Both the position numbers and the translations under genes were made by a program. 47,931 nucleotides of DNA, from positions 1-47,931 of the forward strand of contig MHJY01000025.1 in assembly GCA_001818235.1 (NCBI GenBank), given 5' to 3'. The stretch's first letter is position 1. Every line of letters starts with the position of its first letter. This stretch comes from Candidatus Jacksonbacteria bacterium RIFOXYB2_FULL_44_15. GTDB taxonomy: Bacteria > Patescibacteriota > Patescibacteriia > UBA9629. Shown here piece by piece: positions 35,837-44,303 of the stretch. The notes beneath the pieces are model-generated. The model saw only the letters and a program-made list of their open reading frames with translations, searched no databases and had not been told where the DNA came from.

Positions 35837-36199
35837 TTAATAAGTTATTGTGGCTGGCGGATAACGGCGAAAACACTCGTCTTTCCAGCCAACCAAGCGA
35901 GCATCCATGATAGCGGCGGTATCCGTCAAAAGCGTACAATTTTTGCCTTCGTCTATCCGTTGGCAGGCGTTATCCCACTGTTGTTGATAAGATTCTTGCG
36001 CTTCACCCAAGCAGGCAATTACCGCGCGTTCGCGGCCGCGGGCTGTTTCCCACCATTTATGTTCGCGGCCAGTGAGAAAAAATAGCAAATAATAACAAAG
36101 CGAAAACGCTATCAAAAGCAAGCTGAAAACGGCCACGATTTTGAATAATAGCTCAAAATCAGCCAGCAAGTGTTTATTGTTTACCCTCCGTATAGGCAT
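35837..36199 (-). CDS. membrane-anchored hypothetical protein
   Basis: 120 aa with one TM segment and four Cys in the soluble part. Confidence 0.5.
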   Translation of the reverse strand: MPIRRVNNKHLLADFELLFKIVAVFSLLLIAFSLCYYLLFFLTGREHKWWETARGRERAVIACLGEAQESYQQQWDNACQRIDEGKNCTLLTDTAAIMDARLVGWKDECFRRYPPATITY

Positions 36200-36270
36200 A
36201 ATGATTCCATTGTATCAGAATTATTTTGTACTGGCAACTTAAACCGCGCCAAAATTATTTTGAACCCTTT

Positions 36271-36306
36271 AAAAAAAGGGCCACGATAGCGCGATTGCTA
36301 CCGTGG
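36271..36306 (-). terminator. intrinsic terminator after the pgk-like pair
   Basis: Minus strand: ccacggtagc-aatcgc-gctatcgtgg (10-bp stem, 1 G-U), followed by ccc ttttttt. Confidence 0.65.
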
Positions 36307-36325
36307 TTAAAATAGATACATAGAT

Positions 36326-37651
36326 CTAATTCAGAAATGCCTGAATCGCCGACCATGATTGTGGATTAACAAGATAAGCTAAACCAGATCCGCCAGCTGT
36401 AAAAAAAATTACATTCTCTTTTCCTTCCAAACTCGAGAGGCTACGAACTAACCCTACTGTGTCACCCCCAAAAATATTTACCTGAGCTTTGGTTCCTGCC
36501 AGTGCTTCACAAATCCTGAGTGCACCAAACATATAACGACCATTTGAAATTATTAAACCAGGCGCACCATCCCAAATGATCTTTGCACCAGCCGGTGCTT
36601 CTTTTATTATCTTGCCAACAGCTGCTCTTGCCTCATGCCCAATATCATAAGCCACATGCCCATAAGGAATAACCTTAGGTTCGTTTGGTGTTGTGAGATC
36701 ATCAGACATCAAACGGAGCAAGTCTCCTTTGCTTACGATTACGTAATCACTAGGCAATACCAATGTTGCCCCTGCGTTGTGCGCTAAGGTTAAGATATCC
36801 TCAGCTTCCTGCAACATAGTCTGGTCCACCAAATCTACCGGGATATCGTTCCCATTTGCCGCCGAAAAGGTAAACGACATTTTGCCGAAAAAAATTAGTA
36901 TCAATTGCCGGCCAGGTTTGATAAAATGCCTGATTAACGGAAGCTTGTCTAATTTATCGCCGCCGACCATTAAAATAAGTGGCCCGGTAAAGGCACGCAA
37001 CTGCTCCAACAACTCCAGTTCATGCAGGCAACAAGAACCAATAGCGCGCCGGTCTGACGGGAACATAGGAGCGAGATTCACAGAGCTGTTAGTAGGACGC
37101 CATGCCGCGGGAGCGTCATCAAAAATGAAATATTTGCCCAAACCGCAAAGGGAATTGGCAAACGCCTCTCGTTCTTGCCGCTTTTTTGTCTGTAACTTTA
37201 TCACTTCCTCGATTGACATTGTTGCAGTGATAACAATTTCATCTTGCTCAGACGGATTAAACCGCGCATTTGGGCACATCATTAGCCCTCCTGGCGGCAG
37301 TTGCTTTAACATGTCGGCAATCGTTTTAAAATCCCAGTCCGGTAAATAGGCAACTTGCTTCCCCAATAATTGCGCCAACCTGATAGCTGCTGGCTCTGTA
37401 GTCTTCTCAGGATCATATTTTCCATGGATTGGTCTGCCAACATGCCCAATTATAACGGTTCGTGCTCCTTTGCTAATTAATTCTTCCAATGTCGGAACCA
37501 TTTTTCTTAATCGGCTATCATCGGTAACAAGCATTCGTTCCCCGTCTCTAAGCATCGGTACATCTAGCGTCATACGCGCCAAAACAGTATCACCTGGTAC
37601 AATTTTTAAACTGTCAACTCTTGGTAATGCCTGTATATTCATTCTCAACAA
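36326..37651 (-). CDS. divergent phosphoglycerate-kinase paralogue
   Basis: PGK N-domain motifs are retained (ARMTLDVP, DDSRLRKMVPTL, IIGHVGRP). C-domain motifs are degenerate (VGGDKLDKL, GKMSFTF, FGGDTVGLV, TAGGSGLAYL). Confidence 0.7.
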   Translation of the reverse strand: MLRMNIQALPRVDSLKIVPGDTVLARMTLDVPMLRDGERMLVTDDSRLRKMVPTLEELISKGARTVIIGHVGRPIHGKYDPEKTTEPAAIRLAQLLGKQVAYLPDWDFKTIADMLKQLPPGGLMMCPNARFNPSEQDEIVITATMSIEEVIKLQTKKRQEREAFANSLCGLGKYFIFDDAPAAWRPTNSSVNLAPMFPSDRRAIGSCCLHELELLEQLRAFTGPLILMVGGDKLDKLPLIRHFIKPGRQLILIFFGKMSFTFSAANGNDIPVDLVDQTMLQEAEDILTLAHNAGATLVLPSDYVIVSKGDLLRLMSDDLTTPNEPKVIPYGHVAYDIGHEARAAVGKIIKEAPAGAKIIWDGAPGLIISNGRYMFGALRICEALAGTKAQVNIFGGDTVGLVRSLSSLEGKENVIFFTAGGSGLAYLVNPQSWSAIQAFLN

Positions 37652-37667
37652 CCTCCTTAAAGGTTAA

Positions 37668-38879
37668 CTATAGCTTCCACAAAGTTGCATTTTTTGCATT
37701 TTCCTTCAACGCCGCAATCGCGGGAAGATCTGTTTTGGTAACAACGCTTTCGATATACTGTAAACTGGCAGCACCGCCCGTAGAAGCATGCCCACCAGTA
37801 TCCTTGAGCTTCCGAATCAAATCACTGTCTAAACTAATAGCGGCTACTAAATCTCCGCCGCCAATAATTTTTTTCACTCCGTAGGTTGATACAAATGATG
37901 CCACGCCCACAGTTCCGTTTCTAAAGCGGCTGTCTTCATATATCCCGAAAGGGCCATTCCAAAAAACAGTTCCCGAATTTGCCACTTCACTAATAAACAG
38001 GCTAACTGTTCTAGCTCCGATGTCGCAACCTGCGCCCATAGACGGTAAACCCTCATCAAATAAATGAGTTCTACCCGTATTATCAACGGTATCCACTGGA
38101 AGAACGATTTTTTGGGGATAATCCGCCAACAATCTTGCTGCCTCATCAACAAAATTAAGTTCTACTAAAGAAGCACCGACGTTAATCCCTTTGGCTTTCG
38201 CAAAAGTAAAAGCCATGGCACCGCCAATAACAAGCCGATCAACAAATGATAATAAATGTTTTATCAACGTTAATTTGGTGCTCAATTTAGCTCCGCCCAT
38301 CATCGCCAGCAACGGTCTTTTAGGACTAACCATCATCCAATTTAAATTCATGACTTCGTCCAGCATTAGCTTGCCAACCACAGCTTGCCGATCTTTCATT
38401 ATTCTGGTCGTCGAAGAATGTGCGCGATGAGCGACGCCAAAAGCGTCATAAACAATCACGTCATACGGCTCGATTAATTGGCGCGCAAAAGTGGCATCAT
38501 TAGCGGTTTCGCCCTCTTCAAACCGCAAATTTTCCAATACAACTAGCTGTTTTGCTGGTGGCGAACCAATACAATAATCTACCTTTTCAACTTCAACTCC
38601 GGGTAACATAGTTTGCACAACATCAGCAATTTGATTCATGCGTAGACGCGGGTCCTTAGTCAAGGGCTTTACATCACTCAGAGGGTCCCAGTGGCTTGCC
38701 AAAGTAATAGTTCGCGCACCTCCCTCTAAAAGGGCTATTATTGTTGGCTTTGTCTGCGTGATTCTATTAATGCCAGCTATCTGAGCATTCAGCCCTAAAG
38801 GGACATTGAAATCTACCCGCACAAATACTTTTTTTCCCTTAAAATTAACGTCATCCATCGTTTTTAGTCCGAATTCCAT
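37668..38879 (-). CDS. pgk: phosphoglycerate kinase
   Basis: KKVFVRVDFNVPL, GGAKLSTKL, IGGAMAFTF, WNGPFGIYE, GGGDLVAAI and STGGAASLQYIE. It reads ASHWDP where SHLGRP is expected. Confidence 0.85.
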   Translation of the reverse strand: MEFGLKTMDDVNFKGKKVFVRVDFNVPLGLNAQIAGINRITQTKPTIIALLEGGARTITLASHWDPLSDVKPLTKDPRLRMNQIADVVQTMLPGVEVEKVDYCIGSPPAKQLVVLENLRFEEGETANDATFARQLIEPYDVIVYDAFGVAHRAHSSTTRIMKDRQAVVGKLMLDEVMNLNWMMVSPKRPLLAMMGGAKLSTKLTLIKHLLSFVDRLVIGGAMAFTFAKAKGINVGASLVELNFVDEAARLLADYPQKIVLPVDTVDNTGRTHLFDEGLPSMGAGCDIGARTVSLFISEVANSGTVFWNGPFGIYEDSRFRNGTVGVASFVSTYGVKKIIGGGDLVAAISLDSDLIRKLKDTGGHASTGGAASLQYIESVVTKTDLPAIAALKENAKNATLWKL

Positions 38880-39083
38880 TTTATCTACTCCTATCTATTC
38901 TTTAGAATAATATTTGATTGACAACCCCTAAAAAATATATATTTCTAGGCACATAAAATTGGCTAAATACTACCCCAAAACCCACAAAAAGTCAATGGTG
39001 GGCAAAAAAATTTGACAAACTCCACCCTTTAGGTATTATAGTTATATCTAAGCGGAGGAAATTTTTTAATTTTTGATTCATTT

Positions 39084-39461
39084 ATGACCACTATGTCCAC
39101 CAAAATAACTATTGCTTTAGGAGTTGTCATCATTATTATCGCGGCAGTAACCTGGAGCCTGACGCAAAAAAATCAAGATGGGCTGATTCTCTATTACGGC
39201 GATGGCTGTTCGCATTGCGCCAACGTCGAAAAGTTCCTGGCCGATAACGCCATCGAACAAAAAGTTCAGGTGCAAAAAAAAGAAGTCTATCAGAATCAAA
39301 AAAACGCCCAGGAACTGGGGCAACGCGCCGCCAAATGCGGCTTGCCAAGCGATAATGTCGGAATCCCGGTCTTGTGGGACGGTACCAACTGCCTGGTCGG
39401 CGACCAAGATATAATCAACTTTTTCCAAAAAAACTATGTTGATGTTGAACAAAAAATATAA
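39084..39461 (+). CDS. membrane-anchored thioredoxin/glutaredoxin-fold protein
   Basis: N-terminal TM segment, CSHC redox motif in YYGDGCSHCANVEKFL, and a cis-Pro-like GIPVL. Confidence 0.7.
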   Translation: MTTMSTKITIALGVVIIIIAAVTWSLTQKNQDGLILYYGDGCSHCANVEKFLADNAIEQKVQVQKKEVYQNQKNAQELGQRAAKCGLPSDNVGIPVLWDGTNCLVGDQDIINFFQKNYVDVEQKI

Positions 39462-39960
39462 ACTGGTGTTGATCAGCCTAATTACCGCCGCTGGCCTGCT
39501 CAAAACCGGCGTTGTTCAAGCAGTTTGCCCGGTCTGCACCATAGCCGTGGGCGCAGGCGTCGGACTGGCGCAATGGCTGGGAATCGATGATACCGTCACC
39601 GGCGTCTGGGTCGGCGGACTTACGGTCTCGATGATTTTTTGGACGATAAATTTTCTGGCCGGCAAAAAAATAAACTGGTGGCGCCGCGACTTTATTATTG
39701 CTTTAGTCTACTATTTAATGATTGTGATTCCGCTTTCTTATTCCGGATTGATCGGACACCCGCAAAATACGCTGGTCGGAGTCGATAAACTGCTTTTGGG
39801 GGCAATTTTTGGTAGCCTGGGATTTTTCTTGGGCGTCCGCGCCTACGAAGTGGTTAAACGAAAAAACCATGACCGCGCCTACTTCCCCTTCCAAAAAGTC
39901 GCTATGCCGGTGGCGCCGTTGATTATTTTGAGTTTCATTTTTTATTTGATTACTAAATAA
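39436..39960 (+). CDS. polytopic membrane protein with a CPVC motif
   Basis: 174 aa, ~5 TM segments, with VCPVCTIAVGAG in the first helix. Overlaps the upstream gene by 26 nt. Confidence 0.6.
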   Translation: MLMLNKKYKLVLISLITAAGLLKTGVVQAVCPVCTIAVGAGVGLAQWLGIDDTVTGVWVGGLTVSMIFWTINFLAGKKINWWRRDFIIALVYYLMIVIPLSYSGLIGHPQNTLVGVDKLLLGAIFGSLGFFLGVRAYEVVKRKNHDRAYFPFQKVAMPVAPLIILSFIFYLITK

Positions 39961-39969
39961 TTTTTGTTT

Positions 39970-40506
39970 ATGACTAATGAACTACCGATCAAAAATTTGG
40001 ATGAATTCGTCAAAAAATACGACGATTTAAAAAAACAAAATCCACTGGATTTATCTTCGGATCAGGATTTATCGATCGCCATCATGAATCTGGTGAGCAT
40101 TGAGGAGCATTTTTTCTTTACCGGCGCCAAAACCGGTAAAAACGAATATTACGATTTGATCGACAACGTCCGCGAGATGCGCAAAACATTGTTGAAAAAA
40201 ATCATCAAAGAATACGAAGGCGAAATTTGGTGCATTTCCAAACATTTGCTGGCCGCCAGTTACCGGCTGATGGAAGTCGGCACCAAACAGCTTGGCCAAG
40301 GGAAAAAAGAAGAGGCTTATGATTTCTTCGGCAAGGCTTTTGATTTGTACTCGCTTTTTTGGGGCGTGAATATGAAGCTGGTTAGCACTTCTGATATAAA
40401 AAAAATTGACAACGAGGCTTTAAACAAACACGACACCGAAAAAAAGGGACTCTTCGGCAAGTTGGGGGCTTTAGTAAAAAAAGCGATTGATTGTTGCATT
40501 GAATAA
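39970..40506 (+). CDS. hypothetical protein
   Basis: ATG at 39970 (MTNELPIK). Helical and Lys/Glu-rich, with a C-terminal CC. Confidence 0.55.
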   Translation: MTNELPIKNLDEFVKKYDDLKKQNPLDLSSDQDLSIAIMNLVSIEEHFFFTGAKTGKNEYYDLIDNVREMRKTLLKKIIKEYEGEIWCISKHLLAASYRLMEVGTKQLGQGKKEEAYDFFGKAFDLYSLFWGVNMKLVSTSDIKKIDNEALNKHDTEKKGLFGKLGALVKKAIDCCIE

Positions 40507-40519
40507 AACTGGCATGGCC

Positions 40520-40622
40520 GCGCAATAAATTTTTTTGCTTGCCTCAAACTCCCTTCGGTCGGGGTCCCCGAGTACTCGGGGTGCCTCACCCTAAGCTCGG
40601 CTGCGCAAAAAAATTATTGCGC
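40520..40622. repeat. 103-nt structured palindromic element
   Basis: Outer arms gcgcaataaatttttttgc (40520-40538) and gcaaaaaaattattgcgc (40605-40622). Central perfect 16-bp palindrome ccccgagtactcgggg (40566-40581). Confidence 0.75.
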
Positions 40623-40636
40623 TACATGCATAAAAC

Positions 40637-41602
40637 ATGTCCCCTTTTTACCCAATAAAATTACTTGCCGACTGGCTGACCATCAAAATTTTACAACTAT
40701 CACTCGACACACACTTGGGCGAAGCCGTCCATTTTTTTATTTACGACTCGATCAAAATTTTTATCCTGCTCTTGGTGATTATCTTTGCGGTTTCTTTGAT
40801 GCGCACTTACTTTCCGCCGAACAAAATCAGGCAACTGCTCGCCCACAAAAATCAATTCACCGGACATTTGGCCGCGGCCGGAGTCGGCATCATCACCCCT
40901 TTTTGCACCTGCAGTGCTATCCCCTTGTTCCTAGGACTGCTCGAAGCCGGAGTGCCGCTCGGCGTAACGATGTCTTTTTTAATCGCCTCGCCGCTCATTA
41001 ACGAAGTTGCGCTGGTTCTGCTCGCCGGCATGTTCGGCTGGCAAATCGCGCTAATCTATATTTTTAGCGGCTACTTGATCGCCGTCCTAAGCGGATTCAT
41101 TATCGGCCGGTTAAAATTAGAAGCCCTGCTAACAAATTTACCCGAAGTCGACGCCGGCAAAATAGCGAACCGCATCTTTAAACCCAGCTGGCGCGAACGG
41201 CTTAAGTATTCCAAAAATTATACTTTCCAGATTATCAGGCAAGTCTGGCCATATGTCTTGATTGGTTTAAGTTTAGGCGCCTTGATTCACGGTTATGTAC
41301 CAACCGACTTTTTGGCTCGCTATGCCGGTGCTGATAAATGGTATGCTGTGCCGCTGGCAACTTTGATCGGTATTCCGCTGTATGGCAACCCTGCCGGCGT
41401 AATCCCGCTGGTTAACGCCTTAACCGAAAAAGGCGTGGCCATGGGCACGGTGCTGGCGTTTATGATGGCAGTAACAGCTTTGTCCTTGCCGGAATTTATG
41501 ATTTTAAAAAAAGTGATGCGTTTAAAATTGATTATTATCTTCGCCGGCATCGTCGGCGTTGGAATTATGTTGACTGGCTATTTGTTTAATTGGATTCTGT
41601 AA
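40637..41602 (+). CDS. ArsP/YraQ-type permease (DUF318 family)
   Basis: ~8 TM segments. Signature ITPFCTCSAIPLF. Confidence 0.82.
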   Translation: MSPFYPIKLLADWLTIKILQLSLDTHLGEAVHFFIYDSIKIFILLLVIIFAVSLMRTYFPPNKIRQLLAHKNQFTGHLAAAGVGIITPFCTCSAIPLFLGLLEAGVPLGVTMSFLIASPLINEVALVLLAGMFGWQIALIYIFSGYLIAVLSGFIIGRLKLEALLTNLPEVDAGKIANRIFKPSWRERLKYSKNYTFQIIRQVWPYVLIGLSLGALIHGYVPTDFLARYAGADKWYAVPLATLIGIPLYGNPAGVIPLVNALTEKGVAMGTVLAFMMAVTALSLPEFMILKKVMRLKLIIIFAGIVGVGIMLTGYLFNWIL

Positions 41603-41623
41603 AAGTGACCTTGCCCTGCTAAT

Positions 41624-41645
41624 ACAAAAACCCGCCTGATTGGCG
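41624..41645. repeat. 22-bp direct repeat, left copy
   Basis: acaaaaacccgcctgattggcg, identical to 44638-44659. Confidence 0.95.
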
Positions 41646-41651
41646 GGGTTT
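41626..41651. terminator. bidirectional-type terminator hairpin
   Basis: cccgcc-tgatt-ggcggg flanked by an A5 run (a T-run on the minus strand) and gttt. Confidence 0.55.
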
Positions 41652-41703
41652 AAGAGATAATCGTTCTTTGATTACGTTTATAATTATTGGGATAACTAGC
41701 TAC

Positions 41704-41732
41704 TTGTATACTTTCTAATTATCTTCTATAAT
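41704..41732 (+). promoter_or_regulatory. near-consensus promoter placed for a leaderless transcript
   Basis: TTGTAT (41704-41709), 17-nt spacer, TATAAT (41727-41732). The ATG lies only 6 nt downstream and there is no Shine-Dalgarno sequence. Confidence 0.5.
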
Positions 41733-41738
41733 AGTATC

Positions 41739-43604
41739 ATGATAACAAAAAAGCAAAAACAAGTCCTTGATTTTATAAAGAGCTACAAAACCGCCAAAGG
41801 TTATGCCCCGTCTCTTGAGGAGATCAGCAGAAAATTCAAGCTCGCCTCTGTTTCCACTGCCCACTATTACATAAAAAAACTACAAGAAGCCGGGCAACTT
41901 AATAAAACAATAAATCAGCCCCGCGGTGTTTCGGCTATTGAGCAAAAACAAACGATAGAGATACCAATTCTCGGCGCGATTGCCGCCGGACAGCCCATTG
42001 AGGCAATTGAGGTACCAAACGAAATGATTACTATAACAAAAGACGAGATTGGCAAACAGGGCAAGCATTATGCTCTGCGCGTGCAAGGCAACAGCATGAT
42101 CGACGAAGGAATTTTTGACGGTGATATCGTGGTTATTCGCAAGCAAGAAGTGGCGGATAACGGACAAACAGTGGTCGCGATTATTGACGACAACGAAGCA
42201 ACGCTTAAAAAGCTATATCGAGAAAAAGGCAGATTTCGGCTTCAACCGGCAAATCCGACACTTTTTCCTATTTATAGAAAAGAAGTTGAAATTAGAGGAG
42301 TCGTTGTAAAAATCATCAGGGATTTAGAAACACAAATCGAAAAAGAAAAAGTTAAAGACGAAAAATTCATCAGAAGAATCGATTACTCATGGGATTATAA
42401 AGGCGAAAAAACAAAAACATATACGCACGGCATACATACTTATCCGGCAATGTTTATTCCACAAGTTGCGCGCAGATTGTTAGAAACTTACAGCAAAGAG
42501 GGCGACACAATTTGCGATATTTTTTGCGGATCAGGAACCGCTTTAGTCGAAAGCAAACTTTTAGGACGGAACGCTTACGGCATTGATCTAAACCCACTGG
42601 CAATATTTCTCGCCAGGGTGAAAACGACGCCAATCAATGCGCAACAACTTACAAAAGAATATATCGCGTTACTAAACAGATTGGGAGGAATTAAGGATAG
42701 CGAGATTAAGAAACCTGATTTTAAAAACATTGATTTTTGGTTTAAAGAGAAAGCAATCGTTAAACTGGCAAAACTCAAAAAAGCAATCCAAGGAATTGAC
42801 GATAAAGCAACGCGCAATTTCTTGATGGTTGCTTTCAGCGAAACTGTTCGCTATGCCTCAAACACCAAAACAGGCGAATTCAAGCTTGTTAGAATCAAGG
42901 GAGAAAAGTTAGCCAAGCACGACCCTGATATTTTTGGCATTTTCCGGAAAAAAGCGGAAGCAAACATCGCTGGGGTCGGTGAATTTTATAAAGAAGCAAA
43001 AAGAAACGTCTGGACAAAAATCATTTTCGGCGATTCATCGAAAGAAAACGGCATAAAGGAGAATTCTATCGATTGCATTGTTACTTCGCCGCCCTACGGC
43101 GATAGCCGAACAACTGTTGCTTATGGCCAATTCTCTCGCCTCTCCGCACAATGGATAGATATTTTTGAAGACCCAAACAAAGCCTCAGGAGTTGATAATG
43201 AACTGCTGGGCGGAAAAGCGACTAAAACCCTCGCACACGCGTTAGATTCAAAATATTTAAAAGATTCCTTAAATAAAATCGCGAAAATAGACGAAAAGAG
43301 AGCTAAAGATGTTTTGAGTTTTTATATCGGTCTCAATGAGTGCTTAAAGCAGGCGCATAAAATATTAAAGTCTAAAAAATATTTTTGTTTAGTCGTTGGC
43401 AATCGACTCGTAAAACAAGTGCGAATTCCGACCGATTTTATAATCGCGGAATTAGGCGAGAAAATCGGCTTTACTTGCGAAGATATTTTTGTTAGAAATA
43501 TCCCCGGTAAAAGAATGCCTATCAAAAACTCGCCAACAAATATTGTCGGCGCATTGGAGGAAACGATGAACAAAGAGAGTGTCGTAATTCTCCGAAAAAA
43601 TTAA
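41739..43604 (+). CDS. LexA repressor (wHTH + S24 peptidase) fused to an alpha-type N4/N6 DNA methyltransferase
   Basis: aa 1-196 are LexA, with the AIAAGQP cleavage site, Ser in VQGNSM and Lys in ATLKKL. aa ~215-621 carry DIFCGSGTALVESKLLGRNAYGIDLNP (motif I) and then IVTSPPYGD (motif IV). It is a single ORF with no internal Met in the linker. Confidence 0.85.
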   Translation: MITKKQKQVLDFIKSYKTAKGYAPSLEEISRKFKLASVSTAHYYIKKLQEAGQLNKTINQPRGVSAIEQKQTIEIPILGAIAAGQPIEAIEVPNEMITITKDEIGKQGKHYALRVQGNSMIDEGIFDGDIVVIRKQEVADNGQTVVAIIDDNEATLKKLYREKGRFRLQPANPTLFPIYRKEVEIRGVVVKIIRDLETQIEKEKVKDEKFIRRIDYSWDYKGEKTKTYTHGIHTYPAMFIPQVARRLLETYSKEGDTICDIFCGSGTALVESKLLGRNAYGIDLNPLAIFLARVKTTPINAQQLTKEYIALLNRLGGIKDSEIKKPDFKNIDFWFKEKAIVKLAKLKKAIQGIDDKATRNFLMVAFSETVRYASNTKTGEFKLVRIKGEKLAKHDPDIFGIFRKKAEANIAGVGEFYKEAKRNVWTKIIFGDSSKENGIKENSIDCIVTSPPYGDSRTTVAYGQFSRLSAQWIDIFEDPNKASGVDNELLGGKATKTLAHALDSKYLKDSLNKIAKIDEKRAKDVLSFYIGLNECLKQAHKILKSKKYFCLVVGNRLVKQVRIPTDFIIAELGEKIGFTCEDIFVRNIPGKRMPIKNSPTNIVGALEETMNKESVVILRKN

Positions 43605-44302
43605 ATCAGTCGATCTTTATTCCTAAAGCAGTCGTAAAGCTTATTTATTTTGACTCTAAAGCCAGTTCCGTGATTTCTTACGCTTCCGTCGGGACGGTAA
43701 TACATCCGAAAATCAACGACTATTTGATCTTTCTTAACCATCTTTTTGAATAGCTCAAAATCAAAACCGCGCAACAAATATGCTTCGTTGAAATTAAAAT
43801 GTTCCTTGCCTTTAATTTTTTTTGTATCAGCAAGGACATACACCAAAGCAGGTAATTTATCGTCAAACTTCTTTCGCACCGATTTTACGTCCCAGTAGAT
43901 GTTCAAACGTTTACCTTTGCCTTGTACACGAATTTTATCTTCGGCTACGGAAAGTTTAAGCGATTGATTGTTATATCTTTTGCACGATAGCGTTGAATGA
44001 AGTTCTTTCGATCTTCCATTGGCTCGTTTTGAATAGCCGAAATTATCAAGCAACATTCGGTCCCTGTCGCCGCCTTTAGGAAGCGGCTCAAGCGTAAAGA
44101 GAGTCAACATTGATTTTGCGTTACGACGATATGCTTTTAACTCGGCAACGCCCGCAATGTCGTGGAGCGGTATGTTGTTTTCTTTGATGTGGAGCAAATC
44201 TTCGAGCGTTTTACCTATACCGGTATCGCCAACTCTATGCGTCAGTACAAAACCAAGCTTCTTTACTCGTTGCAATTCTTTTTTGAGGGCATGCAAATCC
44301 AT
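43601..44302 (-). CDS. MvaI/BcnI-family type II restriction endonuclease
   Basis: GDTGIGKTLEDLLHIKENNIPLHDIAGVAELKAYRRNAKSMLTLFTLEP, FNFNEAYLL and RNHGTGFRVKINKL match my recollection of the BcnI/MvaI family pattern. The stop codons of the M and R genes overlap on TTAA. Confidence 0.78.
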   Translation of the reverse strand: MDLHALKKELQRVKKLGFVLTHRVGDTGIGKTLEDLLHIKENNIPLHDIAGVAELKAYRRNAKSMLTLFTLEPLPKGGDRDRMLLDNFGYSKRANGRSKELHSTLSCKRYNNQSLKLSVAEDKIRVQGKGKRLNIYWDVKSVRKKFDDKLPALVYVLADTKKIKGKEHFNFNEAYLLRGFDFELFKKMVKKDQIVVDFRMYYRPDGSVRNHGTGFRVKINKLYDCFRNKDRLI

Positions 44303-44303
44303 A

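Noticed and set aside
41650-41738. Search for a LexA operator (SOS box) upstream of the LexA-MTase gene
   Set aside because: No CTGT-N8-ACAG, GAAC-N4-GTTC or other motif type I know is present. Only weak symmetries were seen, so no operator is called.
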